Virus record (IMG/VR): IMGVR_UViG_3300045996_002451
Location: 19,172-83,171 of that record
Source: a virus
Lineage: Duplodnaviria; Heunggongvirae; Uroviricota; Caudoviricetes
Length of the DNA: 64,000 nt
Reading direction: 5' to 3' (one strand)
The notes under the pieces were generated by a model, which saw nothing but the letters and a program-made list of their open reading frames with translations, was not told the DNA's origin and did no database searches. Both the position numbers and the translations under genes were made by a program. Of the stretch, positions 48,271-57,524 are shown one piece after another; the first letter of the stretch is position 1; every line of letters starts with the position of its first letter.

Positions 48271-48711
48271 CTAGGCGGTGAGGGTACGTGCCTGTACCAG
48301 GAGCGCTTCCAGGTAGTAGGCGTTGTTCTTCTCGACGTTAGCCTTGGCGATCAGGTCATTCAATTCGGCGTGGTAGGGCTTACCTACGTGCCGGTCCGGG
48401 TGGTAGGTACGGATCAGGGTGCGGTACAGGGCCTGGCTGTCTGCTGCGGTCGCTGCCTGGTAGTCCGGGATGTAGTCAGCGTAGCACTCACTGGCGTCAT
48501 CGTAGTACTCACTGTCATCGTACTGTGCACGGTACTGTGCGTAGAAGGCCTCACGTCGGGCCTGCTGTGCTGCGTTAGCCTCCTTCTCTGCTGCCCAGGA
48601 CTTCTTCATACCAGGGGTGACACCTTCACGTAGGTAATCCACTAGGGCATCACCGAGGTCACTGATCAGGTCACATACCTGATGGAGGGTGTTGAGGATC
48701 TTCATTGACAT
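48271..48711 (-). CDS. protein with a C-terminal J-domain-like segment
   Basis: LYRTLIRTYHPDR (HPD motif); AGGAG RBS. Confidence 0.6.
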   Translation of the reverse strand: MSMKILNTLHQVCDLISDLGDALVDYLREGVTPGMKKSWAAEKEANAAQQARREAFYAQYRAQYDDSEYYDDASECYADYIPDYQAATAADSQALYRTLIRTYHPDRHVGKPYHAELNDLIAKANVEKNNAYYLEALLVQARTLTA

Positions 48712-48736
48712 ATCTCCTAGGGGTGTAGGTGGGTGC

Positions 48737-49021
48737 TTAGCGTGCAACGTTGATGAGGGAGTAGAACTGTGTGAGACCACAAGACTCAGCCATTAGGACA
48801 ATGGTCTTACCATACACAGGTGTTACGCCTACCCAGGCACGTTCTGTGCGTAGGTAATGTACTGACTGATCTACTACCTCTTGCTTAGTACCAGTGAACT
48901 TAGGTAGTTCGTACAGCTCATAGCTGTTATCTGTGTTGGGGTTGTACATACACATCTGGTAGGTAGCTACGGGTGTAGGTAGGGGTGTGAGATCAGGTAC
49001 GATACCGTGTAGTCGTTTCAT
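48737..49021 (-). CDS. hypothetical protein
   Basis: 94 aa, AGGAG RBS; first gene of the leftward block. Confidence 0.55.
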   Translation of the reverse strand: MKRLHGIVPDLTPLPTPVATYQMCMYNPNTDNSYELYELPKFTGTKQEVVDQSVHYLRTERAWVGVTPVYGKTIVLMAESCGLTQFYSLINVAR

Positions 49022-49399
49022 TGCTATCTCCTATACGTGTGTGGGTGTATACCAGGATGTACCTGGTAAAGCTTAGGGCTAGAGTTGCACTAGCCTGTAG
49101 GTATAGGTATCTATATCTACTAACTATCTAAGCTTGCAGGGTACTTGGGTAATCGTTACGGGATAGATCTTTAGCCCTATCCTGATTACTTAATGCTGCT
49201 ATGTGCACATCAATGCGTCTTCCATTGAATGTAGCTATCCACCTTAGCACTACGTGTCACTAAGATAGGTATCTACTTGGCTATTGCCTCGCTATCTCGA
49301 CCTGCGTATCCCTCAATCAATTGAGTGTGATTCCGCTTAGCTAATGCTAATTACCAGGTCTACTTCATCGCGTGGAAGAAGATCGCTCGTGTTGTGTGT

Positions 49400-49626
49400 G
49401 AGAGAAGGGGGTGGGCTAAAACAAACCCTAGCCCCCTTCACCTATTACATGTAGTGCTCATGAAATGGATCATTTTTTGGAAGGTCCCTTTAGGCCCGGT
49501 ACTCCGTTCAGGTAGCACGTCCGGACCGGTGGAAAGTGTGGGTGGAGAGAGGGGGTGGGCTCAGAAAAAAGAGAGCCCCTCTTGATTGATTCATGTAGTG
49601 CTCATGAACCGGATCAAGTTTTGGAA
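49400..49626. repeat. two imperfect ~80-bp direct repeats, period 144 bp
   Basis: GGGGGTGGGCT at 49407 and 49551; CATGTAGTGCTCATGAA at 49448 and 49592. Confidence 0.8.
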
Positions 49627-49969
49627 CTCTCTTTAGGGCCCGGGAGATCGTTGGGGAAGGAATAGTGGGAGGGGTAGGTTGCTTAGGTAAATAGCCACTG
49701 AGTATGACGGGTCATACAAAAATCTTGTTTAGCAGACGTACTGTGGCGGTAAACAGGAATAGGTCAGGTGAAGTGGGTCTCAAGAAGACCCACCCACATC
49801 CTTGGTGTCACGAAGGCCGTCCTTCTCCAGCTCGCTTCCTTTGTGATACGCTTTCTCTTAGCGCGCATATAATACTGGAAAGAGAAAGAGGGTGCGCGGT
49901 TACCCGTGTATCAATAATGTCCCAAAAGGGACTGCGTGAAGTGTTCTTGTATGTTTCAGGAGTTGTTAG

Positions 49970-50980
49970 ATGTCTAAGAAGACGAGTTCCACGATTGACG
50001 TTCAGGATCCCACCAATACCATCCTGGCTCGGTTAGAAGACGGGGCGGATCGTTTGGACCAGGTCATCGCGCCGATCGAAGTCGATCGACTGCTGCCCGA
50101 TCCTTGTCAGCCGCGCAAGTCTTTTAATCGGATCGACGAGTTGGCGAAGAGCATGAGTGAGCACGGACTCCAGGAAGCCCTGGTGATTCGTCCGGCACAG
50201 GGAGCCGCCAACCGTGGGAAATACTGGGTTGTCTCCGGAGAACGGCGCCTAAGAGCCGCCAAGGAGTTGGGGTGGGATAAGGTAGACTGCCGGATCAAGA
50301 CGCTGGACCCCACCAAGTCGGCGATCCTGGCATTAGCCCTGAACATCCACCGAGAAGATCTCTCCGAGATCGAGAAGGGCGAAAGCTGCAAGCGCATCAA
50401 GACCATGATCGATGGCACGTGGGATGAGGTGGCGGCACTGGTCGGCATCAGTCCGATCTACGCGCGCCAGCTCGGCAGCTTGCTGAACGTCACGGATAGT
50501 GTGAAGGAACGGGTACGCAATGGTACTCTACCGACCCGCACGGCGATCGCCTTGAAGGCTCTCCCGGACAAGGACCAGGAAGAGTGGGCGAAGAAGGCGG
50601 TGGAAGAGCACCTGACGGCAGAGCAGGTCCGGACCCAGACGCAGCATCTGGCCCGACCCCGGATGACCCGTCACGTCCCGGATCTCCAGGTACCGACCCG
50701 CATCGAGCAGACCCCGGTCGAGGCGCCGGTCAATACCGGACGCGCCGGTACCAAGACTAAGCTACTAGAAGACAGTGGAGTGGCCCTTACAAACATCCGC
50801 AAACTGATCGAGCGCCAGAGCTGGTCACCTTCCGAGGTGACACCCCGCCAACAGGAACTCCTCAAGGACCTGTACCGCGAGGTCGCAGCCCTCCATCAGG
50901 AGATCTCGGACATCTATCTACCGTTCCGCCCGGACGCTAAAGCCGAAGCAAAGAAGTTGGCCACGGCCCTTCCCTTCTAA
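49970..50980 (+). CDS. parB: ParB/Spo0J-family CTPase DNA-binding protein
   Basis: PDPCQPRKSF, ELAKSM..HGLQEALVIR, VSGERRLRA, NIHREDLS.IE, HTH WDEVAALVGIS. Confidence 0.92.
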   Translation: MSKKTSSTIDVQDPTNTILARLEDGADRLDQVIAPIEVDRLLPDPCQPRKSFNRIDELAKSMSEHGLQEALVIRPAQGAANRGKYWVVSGERRLRAAKELGWDKVDCRIKTLDPTKSAILALALNIHREDLSEIEKGESCKRIKTMIDGTWDEVAALVGISPIYARQLGSLLNVTDSVKERVRNGTLPTRTAIALKALPDKDQEEWAKKAVEEHLTAEQVRTQTQHLARPRMTRHVPDLQVPTRIEQTPVEAPVNTGRAGTKTKLLEDSGVALTNIRKLIERQSWSPSEVTPRQQELLKDLYREVAALHQEISDIYLPFRPDAKAEAKKLATALPF

Positions 50981-51008
50981 GGAAGTCGCAGCCAACTAAA
51001 GAAGCGCT

Positions 51009-51034
51009 AGGCCCCGGGAGACCGGGGCCTTTTT
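51009..51034 (+). terminator. intrinsic terminator
   Basis: AGGCCCCGG-GAGA-CCGGGGCCT then a T-tract. Confidence 0.85.
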
Positions 51035-51080
51035 CGTTTTAGGTTGAGTATGACGCGTCATACCCGTTTATACTGTCTAC

Positions 51081-51896
51081 GTGATCGTCGACGCTTACGT
51101 AGCCTACCCTGCCCTCGAAAGAGTGGCCCTCAACCGCAAAGACCCCCGCCTTAAACCCGCGTGGTTGTTACGTTACTGGTACCTGGTCCAGGAACTGGAA
51201 CCACTGGTCAGTCGGGAGCAGCTCTTTGCGGCATGGGCCGTGCTTGGAGTAACTCGCGGGAATATGCGCCAAGCGCTGGTGCGCGGGGACGGTGTCTATT
51301 GGGACAATCACGGAAAGGACGTCACGGTCTATTCTGCCGAGCAGCTGCACGCCTGCCTGGAGTTCCGGGTAGAGCGCCGGATCCGTCCGTCAGCGCAGCT
51401 ACTCCTGAGTACCGCGGCGTGGCATCAAAGCATGGCGGAGGACGCCATCCTTTCCTATAAGCTGCACAACGGCAAGACGGACCCGATCACCCACGCCCAG
51501 ATTGCCCAGCGTACGGGTTTGTCCCGGAAGACCGTGCAGCGCCACGTACGTCGGAGCCGTAAGGTCAACGCGGTGAAGCAGTGGATCACCATCCCCCTAA
51601 GCCCGACCCCCGAGAACTTGGAAGCTGTCCAGAAGATCCACCCTCGCGTCCATTTCCAGTTTCTGTTTCATCGCCAGAGGAAACACCTGGTGCAGCGGGT
51701 AGCGAACCGGTATCGTACGGGAGATCGGATCCTGGATCCAGGAGAGCGGGAGACACCACTAGGAGTGCGTCTACGCGCGCATGCAGCAGTACACGAGACT
51801 GGTGTGGAACGGGTGGGAGATCTGTGGGATGGCCAGGGTCTTGCGCACCTAGAAAAAATCTGTTACAGTGTGAGTACGGAAGGGGTATACTCCTAA
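51081..51896 (+). CDS. HTH DNA-binding protein, probably leaderless
   Basis: ITHAQIAQRTGLSRKTVQRHV; TATACT lies 6 nt before the GTG. Confidence 0.65.
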   Translation: MIVDAYVAYPALERVALNRKDPRLKPAWLLRYWYLVQELEPLVSREQLFAAWAVLGVTRGNMRQALVRGDGVYWDNHGKDVTVYSAEQLHACLEFRVERRIRPSAQLLLSTAAWHQSMAEDAILSYKLHNGKTDPITHAQIAQRTGLSRKTVQRHVRRSRKVNAVKQWITIPLSPTPENLEAVQKIHPRVHFQFLFHRQRKHLVQRVANRYRTGDRILDPGERETPLGVRLRAHAAVHETGVERVGDLWDGQGLAHLEKICYSVSTEGVYS

Positions 51897-51918
51897 CGTA
51901 ACTAGGGGGCGACGGTTA

Positions 51919-52302
51919 GTGATTAAGGAAAGTCGGGTCAATAAAGGAAGAATAGGGGTCTATGCCCCTGATCATCCTGGCGCGAACAACCGAGGGTACA
52001 TACCGCGCTCCCGCTACACGATGGAACAGCATCTTGGCCGATACCTAAGGTCGGATGAAGAGGTCCATCACAAGGATGGCGATAAGCTAAACGACCAGCT
52101 AGAAAACCTGGAGATCTTGACCAAAGCTGAACACGCACGCAGACACCAGAGGGCGAAAAGTCCATTGGACTACAACCTTCTAAGTCAGCTACGAGAAAAC
52201 GGTTTGGGTTACAAGAAGATCGCCAAGGAGACGGGGTATGCCCTGTCTAGTGTCAAAGCAGCGTGTAAGCTTATCAATTTGGGGGCGATGGGTGTCGACT
52301 GA
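51919..52302 (+). CDS. HNH homing endonuclease with a C-terminal HTH
   Basis: MEQHLGRYL..DEEVHHKDGDKLND.LENL...EHARRH; GLGYKKIAKETG. Confidence 0.9.
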   Translation: MIKESRVNKGRIGVYAPDHPGANNRGYIPRSRYTMEQHLGRYLRSDEEVHHKDGDKLNDQLENLEILTKAEHARRHQRAKSPLDYNLLSQLRENGLGYKKIAKETGYALSSVKAACKLINLGAMGVD

Positions 52303-52739
52303 GGTACTGCAAGCCCGAGATGCGAGCCCCGGAGCTGTTGGCCGGGTCATCAAGCAGCAAAAACACAAACGCGAATAACAACGTGAACGTGACCGACGAC
52401 ATGATTGCTCCTGGCATCCTCGCTCAACTGAGCGGGATGGAGAGTGGTCTGGCCCTCGCGGCCTAATCGGCAGGGAACCTACTGCCCTGTTAACCCAAGT
52501 GTAGGCAGCCAAGCCGTGGAGACGGTCACCCAAAGCCAGGAGAAAGACCTGACCACCCCCTGGTCGTGGGGATTACAATAGCGACCTGTGCCGGTGGCAA
52601 ACATCGGATAGTGTGTAGGACCGCGACAGGTGTCCTATCTTCCGCTCTAGAAGAGTAGCGGCCAGCTACAAGCAGAGCTACGCTCGTAGAGTCTCAGGTG
52701 AACTATCTTAGGACCCGGGTTCAACTCCCGGCGCCTCCA
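52281..52739 (+). ncRNA. ssrA: tmRNA
   Basis: 5' GGGGGCG..TCGAC; 3' GACCCGGGTTCAACTCCCGGCGCCTCCA; G3:U70 pair; tag ORF 52371-52466 ending LALAA*. Confidence 0.95.
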
Positions 52740-52812
52740 TTGGGGAGTGTTTGGTGATGCAGACGACGCTGGACTTCTTGTAGGTGCACGAACGCACTTA
52801 CAAGGAGACACG

Positions 52813-53133
52813 ATGGCACGAAACCGTGCATGGCGACGTTATCAGACGGAGAAGATCCACCGCAGGTTGAACCGCTACGCGGTGGAAGCGGTGCGCTTCT
52901 GGGAACTGGAAGCGCTGCACACAGGGCGCATCCTCTCTCGCTTCCAACACCTTCGCTATTGGCTGGGCTACTATCGAAGGGGAGAAGGGAACGGGATCAA
53001 GCCGTACAAGCCCTCCTGGGGATGTCGGTGCAGTTGGTGTATCGGTACCTACAAGACCCGGGAAGCTTCCGACCTGAAGGCTGCCAAGCAAGAGCTACGG
53101 GAATGGGAGTTGGGTGATCAGGATGTCTGTTGA
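52813..53133 (+). CDS. basic hypothetical protein
   Basis: AAGGAG RBS; CRCSWC. Confidence 0.6.
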   Translation: MARNRAWRRYQTEKIHRRLNRYAVEAVRFWELEALHTGRILSRFQHLRYWLGYYRRGEGNGIKPYKPSWGCRCSWCIGTYKTREASDLKAAKQELREWELGDQDVC

Positions 53134-53458
53134 AAAACCTGACTACCACCGTATTGGACAAGCGCTAGGTCTACCGGTCGGTTCGTTCTGGTCACTACCT
53201 ACGGAAAATCTAGCAATGAACTTAGAATTTGAGCCGATCTCGCCGACCGTACTGGATGTGAAGGAGTACGAGTTCCACTTCGGGCCGTACCGTCACACGG
53301 TGCGTACGTCGATCAAGGGCACCGAGCACCAGACCTTTCTGGGTGAGGCACGGCTCGGAGGCACCAGTTCTTCCCGGCAGCAATCGGAAGCAGATGTACT
53401 CGCAGACGTAATCAGTTTCGCGCGCATCTACGGCTACCAGCCGAAGGAGTCTTCGTAA
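53123..53458 (+). CDS. hypothetical protein
   Basis: Coupled ORF. Confidence 0.55.
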   Translation: MSVEKPDYHRIGQALGLPVGSFWSLPTENLAMNLEFEPISPTVLDVKEYEFHFGPYRHTVRTSIKGTEHQTFLGEARLGGTSSSRQQSEADVLADVISFARIYGYQPKESS

Positions 53459-53727
53459 TGGGAAATTGGGCTGTCATCATTGAAGGGGTCGGCTGTCACC
53501 ACAACGGTCAGCCGTACGACATCGAGGCCGTAGTGGGCCGTACGCTGGATGACCTGGAAAAGAGTGGTCATACCGTCAACCACGTGCAGATCACTACGGG
53601 TGGCACCGTCAAGCCGGTGCGGGTCCCGGCTGAGCTGAAGGTTCCGGAAGGTACCGTGCTCCCGGATCTGCCCGAGCTGACCGAGGCCGAAAAGCTGGAT
53701 CGCTCCGTAGTTAGCGGCTCTGTGTAG
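53458..53727 (+). CDS. hypothetical protein
   Basis: AAGGAG RBS; TAATG coupling. Confidence 0.6.
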   Translation: MGNWAVIIEGVGCHHNGQPYDIEAVVGRTLDDLEKSGHTVNHVQITTGGTVKPVRVPAELKVPEGTVLPDLPELTEAEKLDRSVVSGSV

Positions 53728-53781
53728 ACCGGGCAAGAAACCGGGTATACTGTAGGTAGATACTTTTCCGCACTCACTCCG

Positions 53782-54291
53782 ATGCACGTAACCGCCATGA
53801 ATTATTGCCAAGAAGCGCTCACCCGCATTGGTGGAGTTCATGGTCTGGACGTCCTGGAGATCGGAAGTCACAACGTGAACGGCAGCGTGCGCGAGCTATG
53901 CGCCGAAGCACGTTGTTACACGGGTATCGATCCTTGGCAGGGTCCCGGGGTGGATCTGGTCATCGAAGCCGCCAACTTTAATGGCAACGGGCAGTACGAC
54001 GTGGTCTTCTCAACGGAAGTCATGGAGCACGCGCCCCGACCGGAAGAAATCGTAGAGTGCGCGTGGCGCTCCTTACGACCCGGTGGCTATCTGGTGGTGA
54101 CCGCGGCAGGCGACCAGCGTCCGGTACACAGTTGCGACGGTAGTAAGAAGCTCAAACAGGGCGAGCACTACCAAAATATTACAACCGAAGAGATGGCATC
54201 CTTTCTCCAGGGATGGAATGTCATGGATCTATCCTATCTTCCGGGCGCGTGCGACGTTCGCGCCATCGCCCAGAAGCCAGGTGGACTGTAA
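53782..54291 (+). CDS. class I SAM-dependent methyltransferase
   Basis: VLEIGS.NVNG, YTGID...GVD, YDVVFSTEVMEH, LRPGGYL. Confidence 0.88.
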   Translation: MHVTAMNYCQEALTRIGGVHGLDVLEIGSHNVNGSVRELCAEARCYTGIDPWQGPGVDLVIEAANFNGNGQYDVVFSTEVMEHAPRPEEIVECAWRSLRPGGYLVVTAAGDQRPVHSCDGSKKLKQGEHYQNITTEEMASFLQGWNVMDLSYLPGACDVRAIAQKPGGL

Positions 54292-54321
54292 GGAAGAGTC
54301 AGTAAACTGACCAACTTTTAC

Positions 54322-54357
54322 AGCCTCACCTGGGAAACTAGGTGAGGCTTTCTTTTT
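54322..54357 (+). terminator. intrinsic terminator
   Basis: AGCCTCACCTGG-GAAA-CTAGGTGAGGCT then a T-rich tract. Confidence 0.8.
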
Positions 54358-54411
54358 GTACGATGGGTGTTCGCGCACCAAAGAGACAGGCGGTCGACTC
54401 CCCTGTCTTGA

Positions 54412-54483
54412 TCCTAGGTAGCTCAGTGGTAGAGCAACTCGCTGTTAACGAGAAGCGCGCTGGTTCGAACCCAGCCCTAGGAG
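54412..54483 (+). tRNA. tRNA-Asn(GTT)
   Basis: Cloverleaf; loop CTGTTAA. Confidence 0.9.
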
Positions 54484-54555
54484 TCTCGGGTAGCTCAATG
54501 GTGGAGCAACTGGTTCTGACCCAGTAGGATGCAGGTTCGAGTCCTGTCCCGAGTG
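54484..54555 (+). tRNA. tRNA-Gln(CTG)
   Basis: Cloverleaf; loop TTCTGAC. Confidence 0.8.
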
Positions 54556-54560
54556 TTTGC

Positions 54561-54631
54561 TCCAGTGTCGTCTAGCGGTAGGACAGCGGCCTTTGAAGCC
54601 GAGTACCAAGGTTCGATTCCTTGCACTGGAA
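54561..54631 (+). tRNA. tRNA-Gln(TTG)
   Basis: Cloverleaf; loop CTTTGAA. Confidence 0.9.
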
Positions 54632-54652
54632 TACATTGACAAGTTCATACAT

Positions 54653-54730
54653 GGGGTGGCTGCTGGGACAGATTAAGGTCTGTAAAATCTTAGCGCTTGC
54701 GCTACCAGGGTTCGATTCCCTGACACCCCA
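54653..54730 (+). tRNA. tRNA-Tyr(GTA)
   Basis: Loop CTGTAAA; long variable arm; reduced D arm. Confidence 0.8.
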
Positions 54731-54798
54731 CTGAGAAGCTCCAATGGTTGTTGAACAGCCTAGATCCGTCCACGGGAGGTGCGTGGAGGCTTCTCTAA

Positions 54799-54870
54799 GC
54801 CGAGGTAGCTCAACGGCAGAGCAACAGATTCATACCCTGTAGGTTGAGAGTTCGAGTCTCTCCCCCGGCA
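54799..54870 (+). tRNA. tRNA-Met(CAT), elongator or Ile2
   Basis: Cloverleaf; loop TTCATAC. Confidence 0.82.
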
Positions 54871-54875
54871 TCGAC

Positions 54876-55118
54876 ATGAAGAAATACACACACCAAGAAG
54901 AAGAGACGGAACGTCCGGAGCGGCTCAGCAAGAAAGACTTCTACTGGGCAGCCATGGTCCGCCTGGAAGAGGAAACCGGACTCACCCGTTTCCAGATCTT
55001 CGGGATCCGGAACAAGTCGCGGATCGGCGTGAACATCAAGAAGCTCGCTGAGCGTTACGATCGACCGGTGTGGTTGATTCAAGAAGTACTGGACGCCCAG
55101 CTCATGGCAGGTGCCTAG
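54876..55118 (+). CDS. hypothetical protein
   Basis: 80-aa ORF filling the gap between two tRNAs. Confidence 0.6.
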   Translation: MKKYTHQEEETERPERLSKKDFYWAAMVRLEEETGLTRFQIFGIRNKSRIGVNIKKLAERYDRPVWLIQEVLDAQLMAGA

Positions 55119-55125
55119 TCGAGAT

Positions 55126-55197
55126 GCCGACGTAGCACAAGGGCAGTGCACATTCTTGGTAAGAATGAGGTTGTGGGTTCGAGTCCCACCGTCGGCT
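55126..55197 (+). tRNA. tRNA-Thr(GGT)
   Basis: Cloverleaf; loop TTGGTAA. Confidence 0.92.
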
Positions 55198-55261
55198 TCC
55201 TAAAATAACCAGCAAGTAGGTGTTTACTTCCTTGGTAAACTGGTTATACTTAGAGAGACCT

Positions 55262-55333
55262 GCTGCGGTAGCTCAGTGGTAGAGCTTTGGCCTGAAAAAC
55301 CAAGAGTCGAGGGTTCGACTCCCTCCCGCAGCA
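55262..55333 (+). tRNA. tRNA-Phe(GAA)
   Basis: Cloverleaf; loop CTGAAAA. Confidence 0.9.
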
Positions 55334-55336
55334 CTT

Positions 55337-55421
55337 GGAAGGTTGGCCGAGTGGTAAGGCGCCAGTTTGCTAAACTGAGGTCTGGGTCAAACCAGCAGGG
55401 GTTCGATCCCCTTACCTTCCG
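55337..55421 (+). tRNA. tRNA-Ser(GCT)
   Basis: Loop TTGCTAA; long variable arm. Confidence 0.9.
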
Positions 55422-55538
55422 TACGCTCGCAAGGAAAGAACTTGCTTGTGGCTTTGACAATTACATAAGGTAGAACTGTATAGATCGAGCCGGTATGCCG
55501 ACGATAACTGCGTAGGGAACTACCCAGGAGGAGTCAAG

Positions 55539-55898
55539 ATGCCGCTCGATACACAGAAAGCTTTACAGACCGCCGCTGCCGCAGCGCTGCTGGTAACCGG
55601 GGTGTCCTTAGGGACGCTCCTACCCAAGTCGCGTACGGAACCCTTGGAAAAGCCCTCCAAGCTTGTACAGGGAAGGATCTTTTCCGCGGACGGTGTTCCC
55701 ACGGGTAGTGCGCAGGTACTCATCCACAGCGCAGGCCGAGAGATCGGTCAAGCGAAGGTCGATGCCAACGGGTACTACGCGGTGACCTTTACGGAACCGA
55801 TGATCGAACTGCAGCCGAAAGCTGCGGGTACGCGCTTCGAGCCTGTATTTGTCCAAGAGACCACCCGCCTGGACTTCAGGGGCGTGTCGGTAAAGTAA
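55539..55898 (+). CDS. membrane-anchored protein with a carboxypeptidase-regulatory-like beta-sandwich
   Basis: AGGAGG RBS; TM helix; VQGRIFSADGVP...DANGYYAV. Confidence 0.65.
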   Translation: MPLDTQKALQTAAAAALLVTGVSLGTLLPKSRTEPLEKPSKLVQGRIFSADGVPTGSAQVLIHSAGREIGQAKVDANGYYAVTFTEPMIELQPKAAGTRFEPVFVQETTRLDFRGVSVK

Positions 55899-55926
55899 TC
55901 AAAGTCTCCCGCAAGGGAGACTGCAT

Positions 55927-56009
55927 GGATGCGTCCCGCAATGGTGGCGGAACTGTCTCGAAAACAGTCAGGTGTAAAAGCCTTGGAGGTTCGACTCCTC
56001 TCGCATCCG
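55927..56009 (+). tRNA. tRNA-Ser(CGA)
   Basis: Loop CTCGAAA; long variable arm. Confidence 0.9.
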
Positions 56010-56156
56010 TGCTGAAGAAGATAGATACCCTCCTGGGGTCAGTCCTACGGGGCCAGTCTGAGGACCAGCGTCTAAGGATCGGACGGGGTAGCCCCTCTCG
56101 CGCAAGCGGGGTACGCGGGTAACTCATGAACTAAGAGCCGTCTTCTTCAGCTACAT

Positions 56157-56237
56157 GGATGGATCGACATTGGTATGTCAGACAGTCCTGAAAACTGTTA
56201 CGCCTTGGCAGTAGGAGTTCGACTCTCCTTCCATCCG
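56157..56237 (+). tRNA. tRNA-Ser(TGA), atypical C33
   Basis: ACAGT-CCTGAAA-ACTGT; long variable arm. Confidence 0.75.
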
Positions 56238-56242
56238 TTTCT

Positions 56243-56314
56243 GGCCGGGGTGGTCCACGGTGGGCCATCGCTCTGCAAAAGCGACCCTAGAGGGTTCGAC
56301 TCCCTTCCCGGCCT
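56243..56314 (+). tRNA. tRNA-Cys(GCA)
   Basis: Loop CTGCAAA; U73. Confidence 0.88.
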
Positions 56315-56458
56315 TGTCTGTTACACGGGTAACTTATATGAAGTTCTTCTCAGTACGCGTCGGAGATGAGATCTACCTCTACTACGGAGGTGAACTCGTC
56401 TACAAGCGCTGGCTTCGACTAGGTTACGGTCGAGTCTACAACGACTGGTAACCCAAAC

Positions 56459-56532
56459 GCCCTGGTACTCCAACTGGTAGAGGGACTACGTTCAGACCGT
56501 AGATAGTGCGAGTTCGAATCTCGCTCAGGGCA
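56459..56532 (+). tRNA. tRNA-Leu(CAG), short variable loop
   Basis: Loop TTCAGAC. Confidence 0.85.
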
Positions 56533-56543
56533 TGTTAGTTTAC

Positions 56544-56616
56544 GCGGCTGTAGCTCAATGGTTAGAGCACCTGATTGCCAATTAGGATGTTGAGGGTTCG
56601 AGTCCCTTCAGCCGCA
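56544..56616 (+). tRNA. tRNA-Gly(GCC)
   Basis: Loop TTGCCAA. Confidence 0.92.
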
Positions 56617-56689
56617 TGCGGGATGGACAAATGGTTAAGTCGCTGGGCTCATAACCCAGAGAATAGGGGTTCAAGTCCCTTTCCCGCTC
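56617..56689 (+). tRNA. tRNA-fMet(CAT)
   Basis: CTGGG-CTCATAA-CCCAG; 1:72 mismatch. Confidence 0.88.
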
Positions 56690-56694
56690 TTTAT

Positions 56695-56765
56695 GCGCGT
56701 GTAGCACAAGGGTAGTGCAACAGTCTTCCAAACTGAGGACGCAGGTTCGAGTCCTGTCACGCGCA
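56695..56765 (+). tRNA. tRNA-Gly(TCC)
   Basis: Loop CTTCCAA. Confidence 0.92.
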
Positions 56766-56856
56766 ATGTGTGAAACAATGTCGCAAACTGACCTTCAATG
56801 TCTGTACTTAGTCGCTGCGGCACTAGGTCTGTGGTTTATCACCCGGCGATAGCTTC

Positions 56857-56930
56857 GCTCAAGTAGCCCAATCGGTAGAGGCACCGGCTTCAAGTCCCGG
56901 ACAGTGAGGGTTCGACTCCCTCCTTGAGCA
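56857..56930 (+). tRNA. tRNA-Leu(CAA), short variable loop
   Basis: Loop TTCAAGT. Confidence 0.85.
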
Positions 56931-56971
56931 TGAGTCAAGCGACTCACCCGGGGATCTCCGGATCCCCTTAT

Positions 56972-57045
56972 GCCCTTGTGGTCCAACTGGCAGAGGCACA
57001 TGGTTGAGGGCCATGACGGTGCGAGTTCGAATCTCGCCAAGGGCA
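56972..57045 (+). tRNA. tRNA-Leu(GAG), short variable loop
   Basis: Loop TTGAGGG. Confidence 0.85.
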
Positions 57046-57047
57046 CT

Positions 57048-57452
57048 ATGGACAAACCTTTCTATACCGTAAGCGAAACAGCACAAACTTACTTCTGTTT
57101 CAGTGCAAGTAAGTCAAACGTCCACTTGTTAGGAAGTCGTTTTCAGGAACACTACCGCTACCAGGTAGGGGGTCCGGACATCCGCCTCTTACGTAAACCG
57201 GTAGTCCTCTCTGGAGAGCTTACACTAAGCACCAAGGTATTACCTGGATGGGAAGTGGACGTTAGTTTAGTGGTAACCGGTGTGGATGCGCACGGAAACG
57301 CTTCCTTTGCGATAATTGAGTCGCTGGAGTTAGGGGAACCCTCTCCGCTAACAAAGGGGTTTCAGTACCCCTTAAAAGCGTATTCCTTCTTCCCTGGAAG
57401 CGCTCTGGATAAAGGGTTACTCTTCACGTTAGCCGACGTGGTGGAATGGTAG
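57048..57452 (+). CDS. hypothetical protein
   Basis: ATG just after tRNA-Leu(GAG); stop falls inside the next tRNA. Confidence 0.5.
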   Translation: MDKPFYTVSETAQTYFCFSASKSNVHLLGSRFQEHYRYQVGGPDIRLLRKPVVLSGELTLSTKVLPGWEVDVSLVVTGVDAHGNASFAIIESLELGEPSPLTKGFQYPLKAYSFFPGSALDKGLLFTLADVVEW

Positions 57453-57514
57453 ACGCGGTCGCCTTAAAAGCGAAGGAGCGAAAGCTCGTGGGAGTTCGAG
57501 TCTCCCCGTCGGCA
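57432..57514 (+). tRNA. tRNA-Leu(TAA)
   Basis: Loop CTTAAAA; long variable arm. Confidence 0.92.
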
Positions 57515-57524
57515 TGTTAGTAAT

